Origin: Hormiphora californensis
Lineage: Eukaryota; Animalia; Ctenophora
DNA: 64,000 nucleotides
Assembly (NCBI GenBank): GCA_020137815.1
Contig: CM035356.1
Span: forward strand, 3,658,001 to 3,722,000
Reading direction: 5' to 3'
Shown here piece after piece: positions 13,401 through 23,885 of the stretch. The position numbers and the translations under genes are program-made. The notes below the pieces were generated by a model. The model made no database searches. It was not told the origin of the DNA and worked only from the letters and a program-made list of their open reading frames with translations. Position 1 is the stretch's first letter; every line of letters begins with the position of its first letter.

Positions 13401-13435
13401 GGTAATGAAATTACCCCTCTGTTATTATTGCTCAT
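6796..13435 (-). CDS. PHAX: PHAX RNA-binding-domain protein, 7 exons, ~951 aa (13435-13415, 13356-11489, 11290-11134, 8137-8013, 7859-7538, 7260-7101, 6998-6796)
   Basis: All introns are GT-AG and phase-consistent. The spliced product contains VAGAIAYRLREKKQKLIHRVVDRIGKEKALELLFKTEDIERNGGQMTAAGDRKKEPGGVYLGLL (PHAX RNA-binding domain) and an EDGQLSD motif like the vertebrate PHAX N-terminus. The 21-nt first exon is the least certain. Confidence 0.8.
8724..10590. mobile_element. Foldback MITE, Kolobok-like (TTAA TSD, AG...CT termini)
   Basis: TTAA at 8720-8723 and 10591-10594. ~350-bp inverted arms starting AGTAAGAGTGGC; the right arm is split by a CRE insertion. Confidence 0.85.
9375..10404 (+). 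mobile_element. 5'-truncated CRE-like non-LTR retrotransposon, copy 2 (ORF 9385-10317)
   Basis: Exact 14-bp TSD TTTCAATCCACAAT (9361-9374 and 10405-10418). 310-aa open frame with HSISCKIGG, RHNNVRD, ARLDI, YFDVRV. The 3' end is GGCCGATGTTGGCCGCCACCCC with no poly(A). Confidence 0.9.
11063..11094 (+). mobile_element. Isolated 3' terminus of the CRE family seen at 60927-61172
   Basis: TGAACCGGTACCCCGGCTTTCGC+A9 matches TGAACCGGTACCCCGGCTTTTGCAAAA at the 3' end of copy 3. Confidence 0.6.
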
Positions 13436-13839
13436 GGATGCAATAAAAGGGGTGACTTCGTAACCAAGGAGTATACTTAGTATAGTAAATAGTCAAACAA
13501 CAAGTTGACATAAAGATTACATAAAAGAGCTGGTACAAAAATTGGGCAACATACATAGATATCTAGATGTGTCGATAAAACTGGTTTTTGAATCTAATAC
13601 ACTTATCATACATAAAAACACCAATCAAAACCCTTTAAAAGTTGTAAAACACATATACAAAACACATACACGGTGAAAGTATTTATGAGTTCTATAATAC
13701 CTCAATCAAAGATCACCTATATGTACTATGATTTGACAAGTTTTGTTAAAAATTAGTTTACAGTTTTTGTTGATAAAATGAGTTCTTTCCCTCCATCCAG
13801 TATTAACAGCATTACCCCACCACAACTCACTACACAGTC

Positions 13840-15571
13840 CTAGTAGTACTTGATATACAAACTGCGAGTAGAGGACGCCTTCGAAAGACCATCCTGGGCA
13901 TCAGGCACCAAAGAAACCAGTTCAATATTGAAATGGTTATTCACCATCCTAATGTAGTCGTTTATTTCTTCATTGGTCAGGGGTTTCCAGTATTTACCCC
14001 GGGTTAGCCATTTTTCCACAAAGCCTGCACTAAGCAACATAGCAAAGAGGTACAAGGCAAGGATAACCCCTACAATATACAAATACCGCGTCTCACCAAC
14101 CGAAAAACCGATGAAAAAGGGAACATCCTCGACTTGTCCAATGGCACGGTGGCCAAAGAAAAACATACAAATCATCTCCACAATCATAATGTAATGATGG
14201 CTGTTCCTTGATAGACCGGCATCCTCAGACGGGCAATAGATGAACAGCATGAGAAGTGCCGAGATGATCCTATTAAAGATGTTGTTGTTGGCACTGTTAC
14301 TGTCCCAGGAGAGAAACATGGTGAAAAACTGGATGATAAGGACAATGAACACCATGACAATACACTCCACACTTACACACATAACGAGGGCAATTGAGAG
14401 GGCCCGGGATAATGCGAAAAGAAAGAAACAGACAGGTAAGGTAAATGAGGTGTCCGAACTTTAGGTCCTCCTTTCGGTGATCTAGTTTGCGGAGCTGGTT
14501 GGCACAGGCGATAAGTCGGTAAGAGACGACAATCATAGCAAATATTGTAGTGGCCAACTCTATGGAGGTGATTTTTTCAGATCTATACCAATCGAGGCCC
14601 AGTTTCTTCTCAGACCAGTAGTACACATCCAGAATAACCAGTGGAACAGTCTGAAGTGTAGAAATAACAAGAGAAACCTCTTTTGAAGCTAATTCAACCT
14701 CACAATAACGCTGCCAGTTGCGATTATATGACACCTTTTTAATGTTATACCTCTCCAGCTGTTTCACGACTTCCTGATTTAGAGGCTCCTCTCGAAGGTG
14801 TTTCTTTAAGATCCAACTAGAGGAGAAGAAGTGATACCATTTTGGTAGACAAAATATATGCGACATTTTCATAGCACGACTTGACTTCTCCATGCCTTTC
14901 CTCATTATTTTCTTCAATCGCTGAAAATCCATCCTTTTGTTCTTTTTGGCCTGGTCATCATCTCTAAATATTTGGGTTCCTTCCGTTGAAATCTGAGGTC
15001 GGGCTCTTGGAAGCGAGTTCCCTATTTCAATATCTACAAATCTGGCGCCTACACGGACACTTAGACCAGCTTCATCATCAAATCTGGTTCCTACTTCAAC
15101 AATAGGCTCTTCACTATCATCAGCAAACAGGGCTCGAGAGTTCGGGATCATTGGAGTGTGGTCATTTTCCACATCATCTATCTCTATCTCATTTGGTTCC
15201 AACCCGTCATCCATCCCGTCTTCCGAGGGTACTTCTGCTTCTCCGATCTCACTATCTAACTCTTCATAACGTCCGGGTCTGGGACTAACAGACCCTACAC
15301 TGCTCTCACTCTCAGTACCTCCCTCAGCCTCTTCTTCATCCGTCAAGGACTGCTTTCCTCTGAGGTAAATAGAGTAGACTCCGCCAATTAACCCAGAACA
15401 AAAGTAAACGGCCACCGCGGCACAGAAAAATGCAATGTCCCCGCGAGTAAACTTGACACACACCGTATAAAAGCTAGCCCCAAGGGAGATGACACTGAAC
15501 AACCTAAATATGATCTGCTTTTTACGTTCACGGCACGCCTCGAGACAGACATCAGAGCAACAGCACGCCAT
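13840..15571 (-). CDS. XK-related (Xkr scramblase-like) multipass membrane protein, intronless CDS with one +1 frameshift near 14440 (pseudogene or assembly error)
   Basis: Joining ORFs 14297-15589 and 13840-14382 gives STLQTVPLVILDVYY and FALSRALSIAL, resembling the XK E-A-PQL-LQLY and SRVLALAL motifs. ATG 15571 to stop is 1732 nt = 3n+1. Confidence 0.6.
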
Positions 15572-15933
15572 GTATATCACTCCTACCACAGCTGTGAAAA
15601 ATTGTTATGTTGAAAGAATTAATTCATTCAGATTGAGTTCAGATGGTCGAATACAAAGACACGCTCAATTAGTATGAGAGGCCTCTTATGCAAATTGGGT
15701 GTCGTTTTTTATTTATTTATTTATTATCTCTGATATACATTACAATATAATGAATGAATGAATGAACATCACAATTTATAATAGAGTTCTTAACAGACTC
15801 TTCCCGCTCTTACACTATAGACATATATAGGTAAATACATATATCCTACAAGGCCGAGAGGCTAAGAGCATCGGCAGTTACCTAAAGCGGGGTAACATAT
15901 ATAGAAACAGTCCGATAGATAAAGTTCAGTTCG

Positions 15934-17079
15934 CTATCCGACTTGGATCACATTGTTTCTGATGTAATAATTGCCACCTGGATCATCTGTCCGAACCCGT
16001 TTCAAGGTGGCCAGCAGAGCTTTTCGCTCCTTTAGTTGGGAGGGGTTAAGATCCGGTGACAGATATATGGTAGAGTGTTTTTTGGATTCTTTGAGCTGCC
16101 GTGCCTTCTTCAGCAGCGCCAAAAGGGTTGCTCTCTTCTCAAGAGATACCAAGAGCGGCCTAGGGCGTTCCTTGTTTCTCTCACCGATACGTTTCATGTT
16201 AGCAACTTTCGGTTTCTCGTTCAGTTCTTCAAATAGCTCATCCATATTGGTTCTATCAGCATTTTCAGTTGATTCTGGGAGCCCAAATATTACCAAGTTC
16301 TTCTCTCGATTTGTCTGGGGTATTACTGTAGCAGAAAGAGGCTTCGAAGTTGGTGGCTTAGGGGGAGTTGGTAGCTTTTTCGCCATAGGGGAGGCTGCGG
16401 CATAGTTTTGAGCCAGGACTGTCGAGTAGGCTTTCACCTTCTGCACTGACGTTTCCACTGAGCTCAGTTGTTCTTTCTGGGCATTGATGACCGTTTGTTG
16501 CAGTTCAATAATCAAAACACGATTTCGTTCAAGCTCTTCTTTGCACGCAGAGAGTTGCTTCTCGAGTTTTTCTGCAGTGATTACGGTGTTCAAATTGTTC
16601 ATCGCTGCTTGAGCAAGTTTAGCACTGGAAACAAAGAGGTTGGTGGTGACATCAACAACTTGTTTTGGAGAAAGGTCCTTGAGACGATGTTTGAAGAATG
16701 TCCCCATGTTATTTTCGGTTGGGCCCGAGCAATCAGGGGTAAAATCCCTCGCAGGTGCATATTTGATGGGATTATAGCACTGACTAACGTTCTCGGGTGT
16801 GATACTTATCTGTTGTTCGGGAACAGCAGCCCAATGCAGCCGTTCAACTCCCAAAACAAAGTCATCAATAGATTCGATCAGTTGTTTTATCTTGGGGTTA
16901 TCGCCCTCGTACGGTAAGCGAAGAATATTATCCAATCTTTTATCTTGATACATCGGCTTCATTATCAGCGTTTCACTTTTCTGCCCTTTGGGGCGGTCAC
17001 ATAACATGTAATATTGCATGTAATATTGCATGTAATATTGCATGTAATATTGCATGTAATATTGCATGTAATATTGCAC
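15934..17079 (-). CDS. LINE ORF1-type protein (CR1/L2-group-like: coiled coil + RRM-like + CTD)
   Basis: Coiled coil followed by REKNLVIFGLPE, KRIG..RPRPLLV and IYLSPDLNPSQLKERKAL motifs. The true start is uncertain because the N-terminal MQYY repeats come from a tandem array. Confidence 0.8.
   Translation of the reverse strand: MQYYMQYYMQYYMQYYMQYYMQYYMLCDRPKGQKSETLIMKPMYQDKRLDNILRLPYEGDNPKIKQLIESIDDFVLGVERLHWAAVPEQQISITPENVSQCYNPIKYAPARDFTPDCSGPTENNMGTFFKHRLKDLSPKQVVDVTTNLFVSSAKLAQAAMNNLNTVITAEKLEKQLSACKEELERNRVLIIELQQTVINAQKEQLSSVETSVQKVKAYSTVLAQNYAAASPMAKKLPTPPKPPTSKPLSATVIPQTNREKNLVIFGLPESTENADRTNMDELFEELNEKPKVANMKRIGERNKERPRPLLVSLEKRATLLALLKKARQLKESKKHSTIYLSPDLNPSQLKERKALLATLKRVRTDDPGGNYYIRNNVIQVG
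17004..17078. repeat. 12-bp tandem repeat (GCATGTAATATT) x~6
   Basis: Directly visible; in frame with ORF1. Confidence 0.95.
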
Positions 17080-17321
17080 CTTCTTGCGTGCTAAAGAACT
17101 AGTACTCGGATTGTTCTCAGAACAATGTTCTGAACATTAAAAGATAGTCTGTTTGTGATGGTTTTCAATGAAAAGGTAGTTAGATTAGGTTAAAATGGGC
17201 ATGCTGCTGCAGGGGCGGCTCTGCCAGTTGTCGTTTTTTAAAGCTTTAAATTTCCTTAAAATGGCCAAATCTCCGGTTCCTGATGAGATAGAAACTTGAA
17301 ATTTGAAGGTTACAAAGATCA

Positions 17322-19167
17322 GGCTTTAGGACTGTAACTCACCTGGACAGTAACTCGAAAGTGAGTTATTGTCCGAAAATTGGCGTCTACTTTTTTTTTC
17401 TGGTGACTTTCTGTCCGCATTATTTTCGACTTTTTGCTAGGACAAAAAGTCGATAGCTAGGACAAAATCTCGAAATTTAAACTCACCTAGGTGAGTTATG
17501 CGGACAATAACTCGAATTTTGTTTCGAGTTGGCGGACAGAAACTCACTTGCTAAAACTACGAAAATGTCGAAAATTCTGGTGACATTTTCATTTTCCATG
17601 GCAGGTGAGTTTCTGTCCGGCCAATGAAATAGGTTTACAAACAGGAGTTTTGAGTTTTTTTTGTGCTAGCTATCATAATTACAAGAGAAACAAGTTGAGT
17701 GGTTGACATAAATACACTGTAAAACCCATCTCCCATCCCTTTCTCTATCTCCCTTCATATCTCTCTTTCCCTCTCTCTATCTCTACCTCCCTTCCTCTCT
17801 CTTTTTCTCTCTCGCTCTCTCTTTCCCTCTTTCCCTCTCTCCGTGCTGCTCTTCAGAAACAGATGATGGAGTCATATTATAGGATCGGACTGGACTCAGT
17901 AGAGAGAAGTTTTGAGTCGTAATTGCATAGTGGGTATGGTGTCGATAAGGAGGAAGGATCCACAATCAGTAGGTCTCGCTGTGATAGATTGTCGAGGATA
18001 GGTGGGTAGCTATAGGCAGGTCGGGAACAGATTGGAGAGGAGAAAAAACCACTGCGAGTGATGAACAGCTCTCTTTGTCTCTCCATCTCTCTTTGTCTCT
18101 CCATCTCTCTTCCTCTTTGAACGGTGTGATAGTAGATTGTCGAGTGAAGGATAGGTGAGTCACTGAGTAGGAGAGCAGCTGCAGCATGCAGCTAGGCTGG
18201 TTGGGAACAGATTGGAGAGGAGATACAGACCACTGCAGGTGATGAACGATGACTCATTGGATGACTCATTGGATGAGAGATCCGAGATGGGGATTAAGCC
18301 CGGGAGCTAGAGAGACAAAGAGAAGCAGAGCTCAACCAATGTATGAGTGAACAACGAGAACTGAACTAGCCCGCCCTTTCTCCCCTCTCTCTCTCTCTCT
18401 CTCTCTCTGCCAGGCTCTCTCTACAACTTTGCATCCCTCTCTCTGCCAACGACGCCGCCATGTCTTCCCGCCTTTTTCTCTCTATGCATGAAGTGAGTTC
18501 TAGTCCGGACAGAAAATCGAAATTCGCTATTTAAGCGGACAAAAACTCACATATTTTCCCGCCCTTTCCCTGTCACTCTTGTTCCCCCTGTCTACCGAAA
18601 GTGAGTTGTAGTCCGAATTTGTGAGTTTAGAGGGCGGACAAAAAGTCGAATTTCGACATTTTTAGCGGACAGAAACTCACCTTGGCCCCCACAACTCGAA
18701 TAGGTGAGTTAGTGTCCGCCCGGACTCTAACTCACCGTAAATAGTGCTAAACAGTGGGGCGGACAGAAAGTCACCTGATCCGGACTATAACTCACCTAAA
18801 TTCGACATTTTCAAAAGGGAAAACGTTAAAATCTGGGTGCCTTTCATTGCTAACAATTTGTAGTTTTGGCGCGCGCGACGGGTTAGGGCTATCCGTTAGG
18901 GTCTGGTTAGGGTTTGGTTTGGGGTTATCGGTTAGGGCTATCGATTCTCTAACTGATACCGTTTAGTTTACTCAAATCGGCCATGTGGTTCCATGGCTAT
19001 AGCCGTTTGAAAAAAGTCGGTCTAAGTATACTCTTTTGGTAGCGCGCACCTGTAAACAGGCTGCAAGGCACCCAGATTATAATCGCGCCCTTTCAAAAGT
19101 GAGTTATGTCCGAAATTTTCGAGTTCGAGTTCGAGTTATCGTCCGTTCGAGTTTCTGTCCGGTACCC
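17322..19167. mobile_element. ~1.85-kb non-autonomous DNA transposon (MuDR-like by TSD length and G-rich termini)
   Basis: 9-bp direct repeat CAAAGATCA (17313-17321 and 19168-19176); many GGACA-N-AACTC(A/G) subterminal repeats at both ends; TIR match is loose. Confidence 0.6.
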
Positions 19168-19680
19168 CAAAGATCATGCCAATTTCTCCTGAAGATACAA
19201 ATTTCAATCAGGAGCCGGGCATATGACGAACTTTAACGACAGAAATCTGAAAAAAGAAAAAAATCCGACTTTAAGAAAAAAAATCCGACTTTAAGGAAAA
19301 AAAATCCGACTCGGCCTCTGACCCCACGGGTGGCAAGCGCTGCCTCGGCTTTTTAGCTCTTTCTAATGCGCGCGCGCTATAAATTGCATTTTCAATTTCG
19401 GCGATTTTTCAAAATCTTGTCATGCCCGTCATTTTCGGGCGCCGTTACGATCTGGGTGTTTGGAGGCCTGTTTACAGGTGCGCGCTGCCAAAAAAGTTGA
19501 TTCACGAAAATGGTTCTAACCGCCAAACCACTCAACCGTTTTGGCTGATTCAAAGTTTATATGGTAGGGAGTGTCAAGGCCTAACCCCAACCCAAACCCC
19601 AGCCCTAACCCTAACCCTACTTTAGCCCTAACCCTAAAAAACCGTTTGTCAGCACTCCCAAAACACCCAGATTTTAACGC
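18826..19680. repeat. Inverted pair of related ~250-bp modules (18826-19090 and 19437-19680) with degenerate TTAGGG/CCCTAA arrays
   Basis: AGCGCGCACCTGTAAACAGGC and AAAATCTGGGTG are present in inverted orientation; GGTTAGGG repeats at 18880-18938 and CCCTAA repeats at 19580-19637. Confidence 0.7.
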
Positions 19681-20132
19681 TGGCCGTCATTTTCCCACTT
19701 TTTGGCTTGAAAAGCGCTGCGTTTGCAGCGTTTGCCAAGTCGTGGACCCACTTGCCCGGTGCTCCCCGGTTTCTTCGCCTCTTGAAAAGTGCTGTTAACA
19801 TTTAAAAGTTAACAATAATGCTCTGTCATATTTCCCGCCCACATAAAGCGTGGCCGACGTCTAAAACGCAGTCCTTTGATATTGATTATTGGTTGATTTT
19901 TTTCGTGCGTCTTACGTAGGCTTAGGCGATCGACCGCATCGTAGGCAATGCTGTGCGGGCAGCAATAATGACGGAGCACCACTGTTATCTCTACTGACCC
20001 GATGGGGTCTGTAGCATATGCCAACTTTTCCTCCAAAAGTGTCCTGTTCTAAACTCTCTGTCTCGGCCTACGTCGAGTGCGACTAACAAGCTTCTGAAGA
20101 TAAATCTGTTATTATGGACTTTTAGTTTTATA

Positions 20133-21272
20133 ATGTCTAAACAACCATTCAACTCTTTGCTGGAGGAAAATTCCGTCGCTGTTTTAGAAGATTTTGAGGG
20201 AGATTGGCCGATCCAGTCTCTCAGACTAAACAAACTTAGTCAGACCCCACAATTGGAAAAAGAAACAGTGAAAGTAAAGTCTGGAATTCCATACACTGGC
20301 GGAACTGTCCCCAGGGAAATAGATTGTAACTATCGAGTGACGAATCTACGTGATTTTTGTAAAATTGTCTTGGAGGAAAGGACTCCCAATCATCAATTCC
20401 ATTATCTTGCCTACCAACATATGATCCACACCACAGTTCTAAAGGAGTACCTACCTAATTTTTCCTGGGCGTGGGCAGGACTTCCCGGTCGTTCCCTCGA
20501 CGAGACTACCCTCTGGATCGGTACTGCGGGAAGTTTTACCCCTGTTCACAAGGATACATATGGGTGTAATTTGCATTATCAGGTGGAGGGCCAGAAAGAG
20601 TGGCTACTGTGGCCACCTGAATACAACTTATCACCCACTAGATTCCCCTATGAAGAGAGCTCAGTGTTTTGTAGTGCTGATATCCGGGGAGATCCAAACA
20701 TTATGGGGGACGCCCTAAGAATAGTTCTGGAGCCAGGCCAGGCCATCTTCATCCCGAAACATTGGTGGCACCTGGTGACCGCCCTGGAAGGAAGTGTCAG
20801 TGTAAACACCTGGGTGGAGCTGCCATGTGATCAGTGGGATCAGGTATCTGAGGCCATTACGAGGTTCATCGTCTGTGGTGTTATGGAGGGGAGGGATGGG
20901 TGGGTGAACCCGGGGGAGGAGGCGGGAAGTCAAGAGGAGAACAGGGAGTTACTCAGACGGGCTGTTGGGCAGGTTGATATTGGAGTTGGTCGCGTGAAGG
21001 CTAACACTGAACATTGGAGCGTAATAAAGAGAGGAGGAGGGATTGTCAGTCATCCTTTGAAATTCCCAGAGTCGGATTCAGACAGAGTACATCCTCTAGA
21101 AAACAGTTTTATTGAGTCACTTGTAAATAATTTTGAGAGTGGGGGGAGTTCCATGGTGGATATTGTATCCAGCCTACAGGATCAGGACACTGCGAATGAA
21201 ACAACTGTGGATAAGATAGTGTGTGATAAACAGATAATGGAGCGATTAATAAATGCTGCCATCAATAAATAA
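20133..21272 (+). CDS. HSPBAP1: HSPB1-associated protein 1 (JmjC 2-oxoglutarate oxygenase), intronless
   Basis: 379-aa ORF with TLWIGTAGSFTPVHKDTYGCNL, PTRFPYEESSVF and PGQAIFIPKHWWHLV; the HxD...H triad is intact. Confidence 0.93.
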   Translation: MSKQPFNSLLEENSVAVLEDFEGDWPIQSLRLNKLSQTPQLEKETVKVKSGIPYTGGTVPREIDCNYRVTNLRDFCKIVLEERTPNHQFHYLAYQHMIHTTVLKEYLPNFSWAWAGLPGRSLDETTLWIGTAGSFTPVHKDTYGCNLHYQVEGQKEWLLWPPEYNLSPTRFPYEESSVFCSADIRGDPNIMGDALRIVLEPGQAIFIPKHWWHLVTALEGSVSVNTWVELPCDQWDQVSEAITRFIVCGVMEGRDGWVNPGEEAGSQEENRELLRRAVGQVDIGVGRVKANTEHWSVIKRGGGIVSHPLKFPESDSDRVHPLENSFIESLVNNFESGGSSMVDIVSSLQDQDTANETTVDKIVCDKQIMERLINAAINK

Positions 21273-21428
21273 AAGAAATATCAGTTTTTTTAGTTTGTGA
21301 TTATTTTATAATTTTTAACCAGATTAGGATTATGTTTGGTTGAAGGAGCCAGTAGGAATAATAAAGGCCAGAAAGATATGGACTGCGGATACACGAACAC
21401 CGATAGTTTCAGCATTGTATCAAAACAG

Positions 21429-21481
<53 letters not shown>

Positions 21482-21729
21482 CTCTCTCTCTCTCTCTCTC
21501 AATCTCTCTCTCTATCTCTCTCCGTCTTCCTTTGTTGGCGGAGAGGACTCATAATAATGTTGTTTTCATTGTTTGAGAACACCTATGTTAGGACTTTAGG
21601 AGCTAAACAAATAGTGTTCCCATTCTTTCAGGAAAAACGAGTTTCCCGTTGTTTCGGCATTTTCTCTATTTATACATTTCCTTTCTTTTCATTTTATCCA
21701 TACTAGTTCAAGTTAGCTGACTTATAAAC

Positions 21730-23835
21730 ATGCAGATCGAGGCGTTAGAGCTCTCTCTTAATGATGACAGTCATGGATCACACCAGAACACCGCAACTCC
21801 TGCACCTCTAAAAAAGAAGATTTATCCTCGGGTAGGGTGTGGAATTGTGTGGATGTTTGAGGGTGTGGAATATATTACATCTTGGTGGTTGTGTGTTGTT
21901 TGACAGCTGAATCATGTGTACAGGGGCAGTGTGTTTGAATGTGTATAATATAGGGGCAGTGTGTTTGAATGTGTATGATACAGGGGCCATGTGTTTGAAT
22001 GTGTGGGGTTGTCATTGTACCACACACGTGGGAGATAGATAGGATCCCCAGCTGATAAATAGTGGTGTTATAACACGTGTGTGCATGTGCGATGGATTTA
22101 TATCCTCCTTGCCTAGAAGTTGAATTGATACAGTAGTGCTTTTTCCAACCGCACTTAGTATACTGCACGGTATGACACTAAGCAGTATATCTAATGTAGT
22201 TTTGTGGTTTAGGTCTATCTTCATCTTCTCTCATATGACTACTCTAACGTGCGTTTGTTTCCATCTACTTCTAATGGCCACGTGGCACGTGTATTCACTT
22301 TCTCTCTCTCTCTCTCTTCCTCGCTATCTCCATATTTATCCCTATACACAGTATTCTCCTGTCCAAATATCCCGGCGGCCAGATCATGAGCCTTCAATAA
22401 GCTGGGGCTAATTGCTCCCCTCTCTCCCTCATGGTTTAACCAGGATAAGATACATGCAGCTTCATTTTGGGGGATTTTGTGGCACAATATAACTGCAGGT
22501 CCCTGTTTCTTTTTGGGTACATTGAGAATCACTGAATTTAGGGGCTCTCTCTTTTTTTAAGCATTTTTAATTTTTTCGAGATAATCTCTTTTTTTAAGCA
22601 TTATTCGAGATTATCCTCTGCATCTTAGAACCTAAGTTTATGATGCACACGAGTCTTGCAGAAACGATTATACTAGTGCCCTGTGATATTATTCATCTAG
22701 CATTCCTATCATTCTTGCATATATAATCCAACCTCGGTAGGGCGATCCGATTAATTTGGATCAGTTTCAATTTTAGGTTTCCGATATATCGTAATATATC
22801 CTAAACATTAGAATTGTAGCAGTGTTAGCGGTGTTAGGTGTAACCCTTTCTCTTCATCTAATAGCCGGCACCTCTCGGCTCTCACAGCTGTCGGTCCCAT
22901 TCGCCCTAATTTTGGAACATAATTAACTCCACACAGCTGCGTCCGCTATTCATCCCTCCGCTCATTTTGATACCACCCCTCTCTTTCTCTCTCTCTCTCC
23001 CTCTCTCATTTTGACCACCCCCTCCCTCTCGCTCATTTAACCCCCTCATTGTCTATCTCTGATCAGGAGGGTGTGTAACAAAATAATATTCCGCCTGAGG
23101 GTGTTATAGACTCTAAGTCCACCTGTTTTTCATGTTGAACTACATTGGACGTGTTGTAGACCACCTTATTGTATATGTTGCCGCTACTAATAATGACATT
23201 CTCCTACTAGATGTGCTTATTAAGTCATTGCCCTCTATCTCTTCAAAATGGCATCTCTTTGCCTTGCTCGACCCTGTTTCCGTGCCCTAAAATGGGTTTG
23301 AACAAAACAAGGTCGCTCTGCGGTCTCCCGCCAAAACTTTGAGGTGTAGGGAGCTAGTGTGCGGAAGGTGGTTGAAAATTAAATAGTTGCTGTTCACACA
23401 CGATAAACATTAAAGTGTGTATATCGGCTCAATTAGACTTGGTTTCCTGTAGTTGTACTGCAGGGAGATAGATGGAGAGAGAGAGAGAGAGATGGAAAGA
23501 GAGAGAGGTACTGGCAGGGAAGATAGACACACATCTCTTGTTACACTGGCTATTTTGTAACGTTTTACGAAATTCAATACCGTCGGCATTCAGGTTTCAC
23601 TTTTTAAACCACTAAAATTGATTCCGTTTTCACTCTCAGTCTGTCCTATATTATAATTCTTGCATAGATGTTAACCGGTTACTGAATTATAATGATCACA
23701 CTCCTGACGCAGATCACATGTTCCGTCTTAGTGAAACTTGGAAATAAAGTTGAAACGCGATTATTTAGTACAACACAGGAGAGTAAATAGTTACCGCTAA
23801 GATAAACGTGATAGCACGTCGTTCACGAGCTACCA

Positions 23836-23885
<50 letters not shown>

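Larger units (their letters stand above)
15712..17228 (-). mobile_element. ORF1-only non-autonomous LINE derivative, complete, 1517 bp
   Basis: Exact 12-bp TSD TGTCGTTTTTTA (15700-15711 and 17229-17240); (TAAA)n 3' tail; single ORF; only ~220 bp between stop and tail, so no ORF2. Confidence 0.85.

Noticed and set aside
13357-13414. Acceptor before the PHAX ORF as a trans-splice site or operon evidence
   Set aside because: A cis donor at 13414 and an in-frame upstream ATG exon explain it.
17279-17300. Hammerhead ribozyme core (CTGATGA..GAAA), also CTGAAGA..GAAA near 59930
   Set aside because: No stem II or closing helices can be formed.
21918-22005. 33-bp repeats here and at 32140 as CRISPR arrays
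   Set aside because: Head-to-tail minisatellites with no unique spacers, no cas genes, eukaryotic context.
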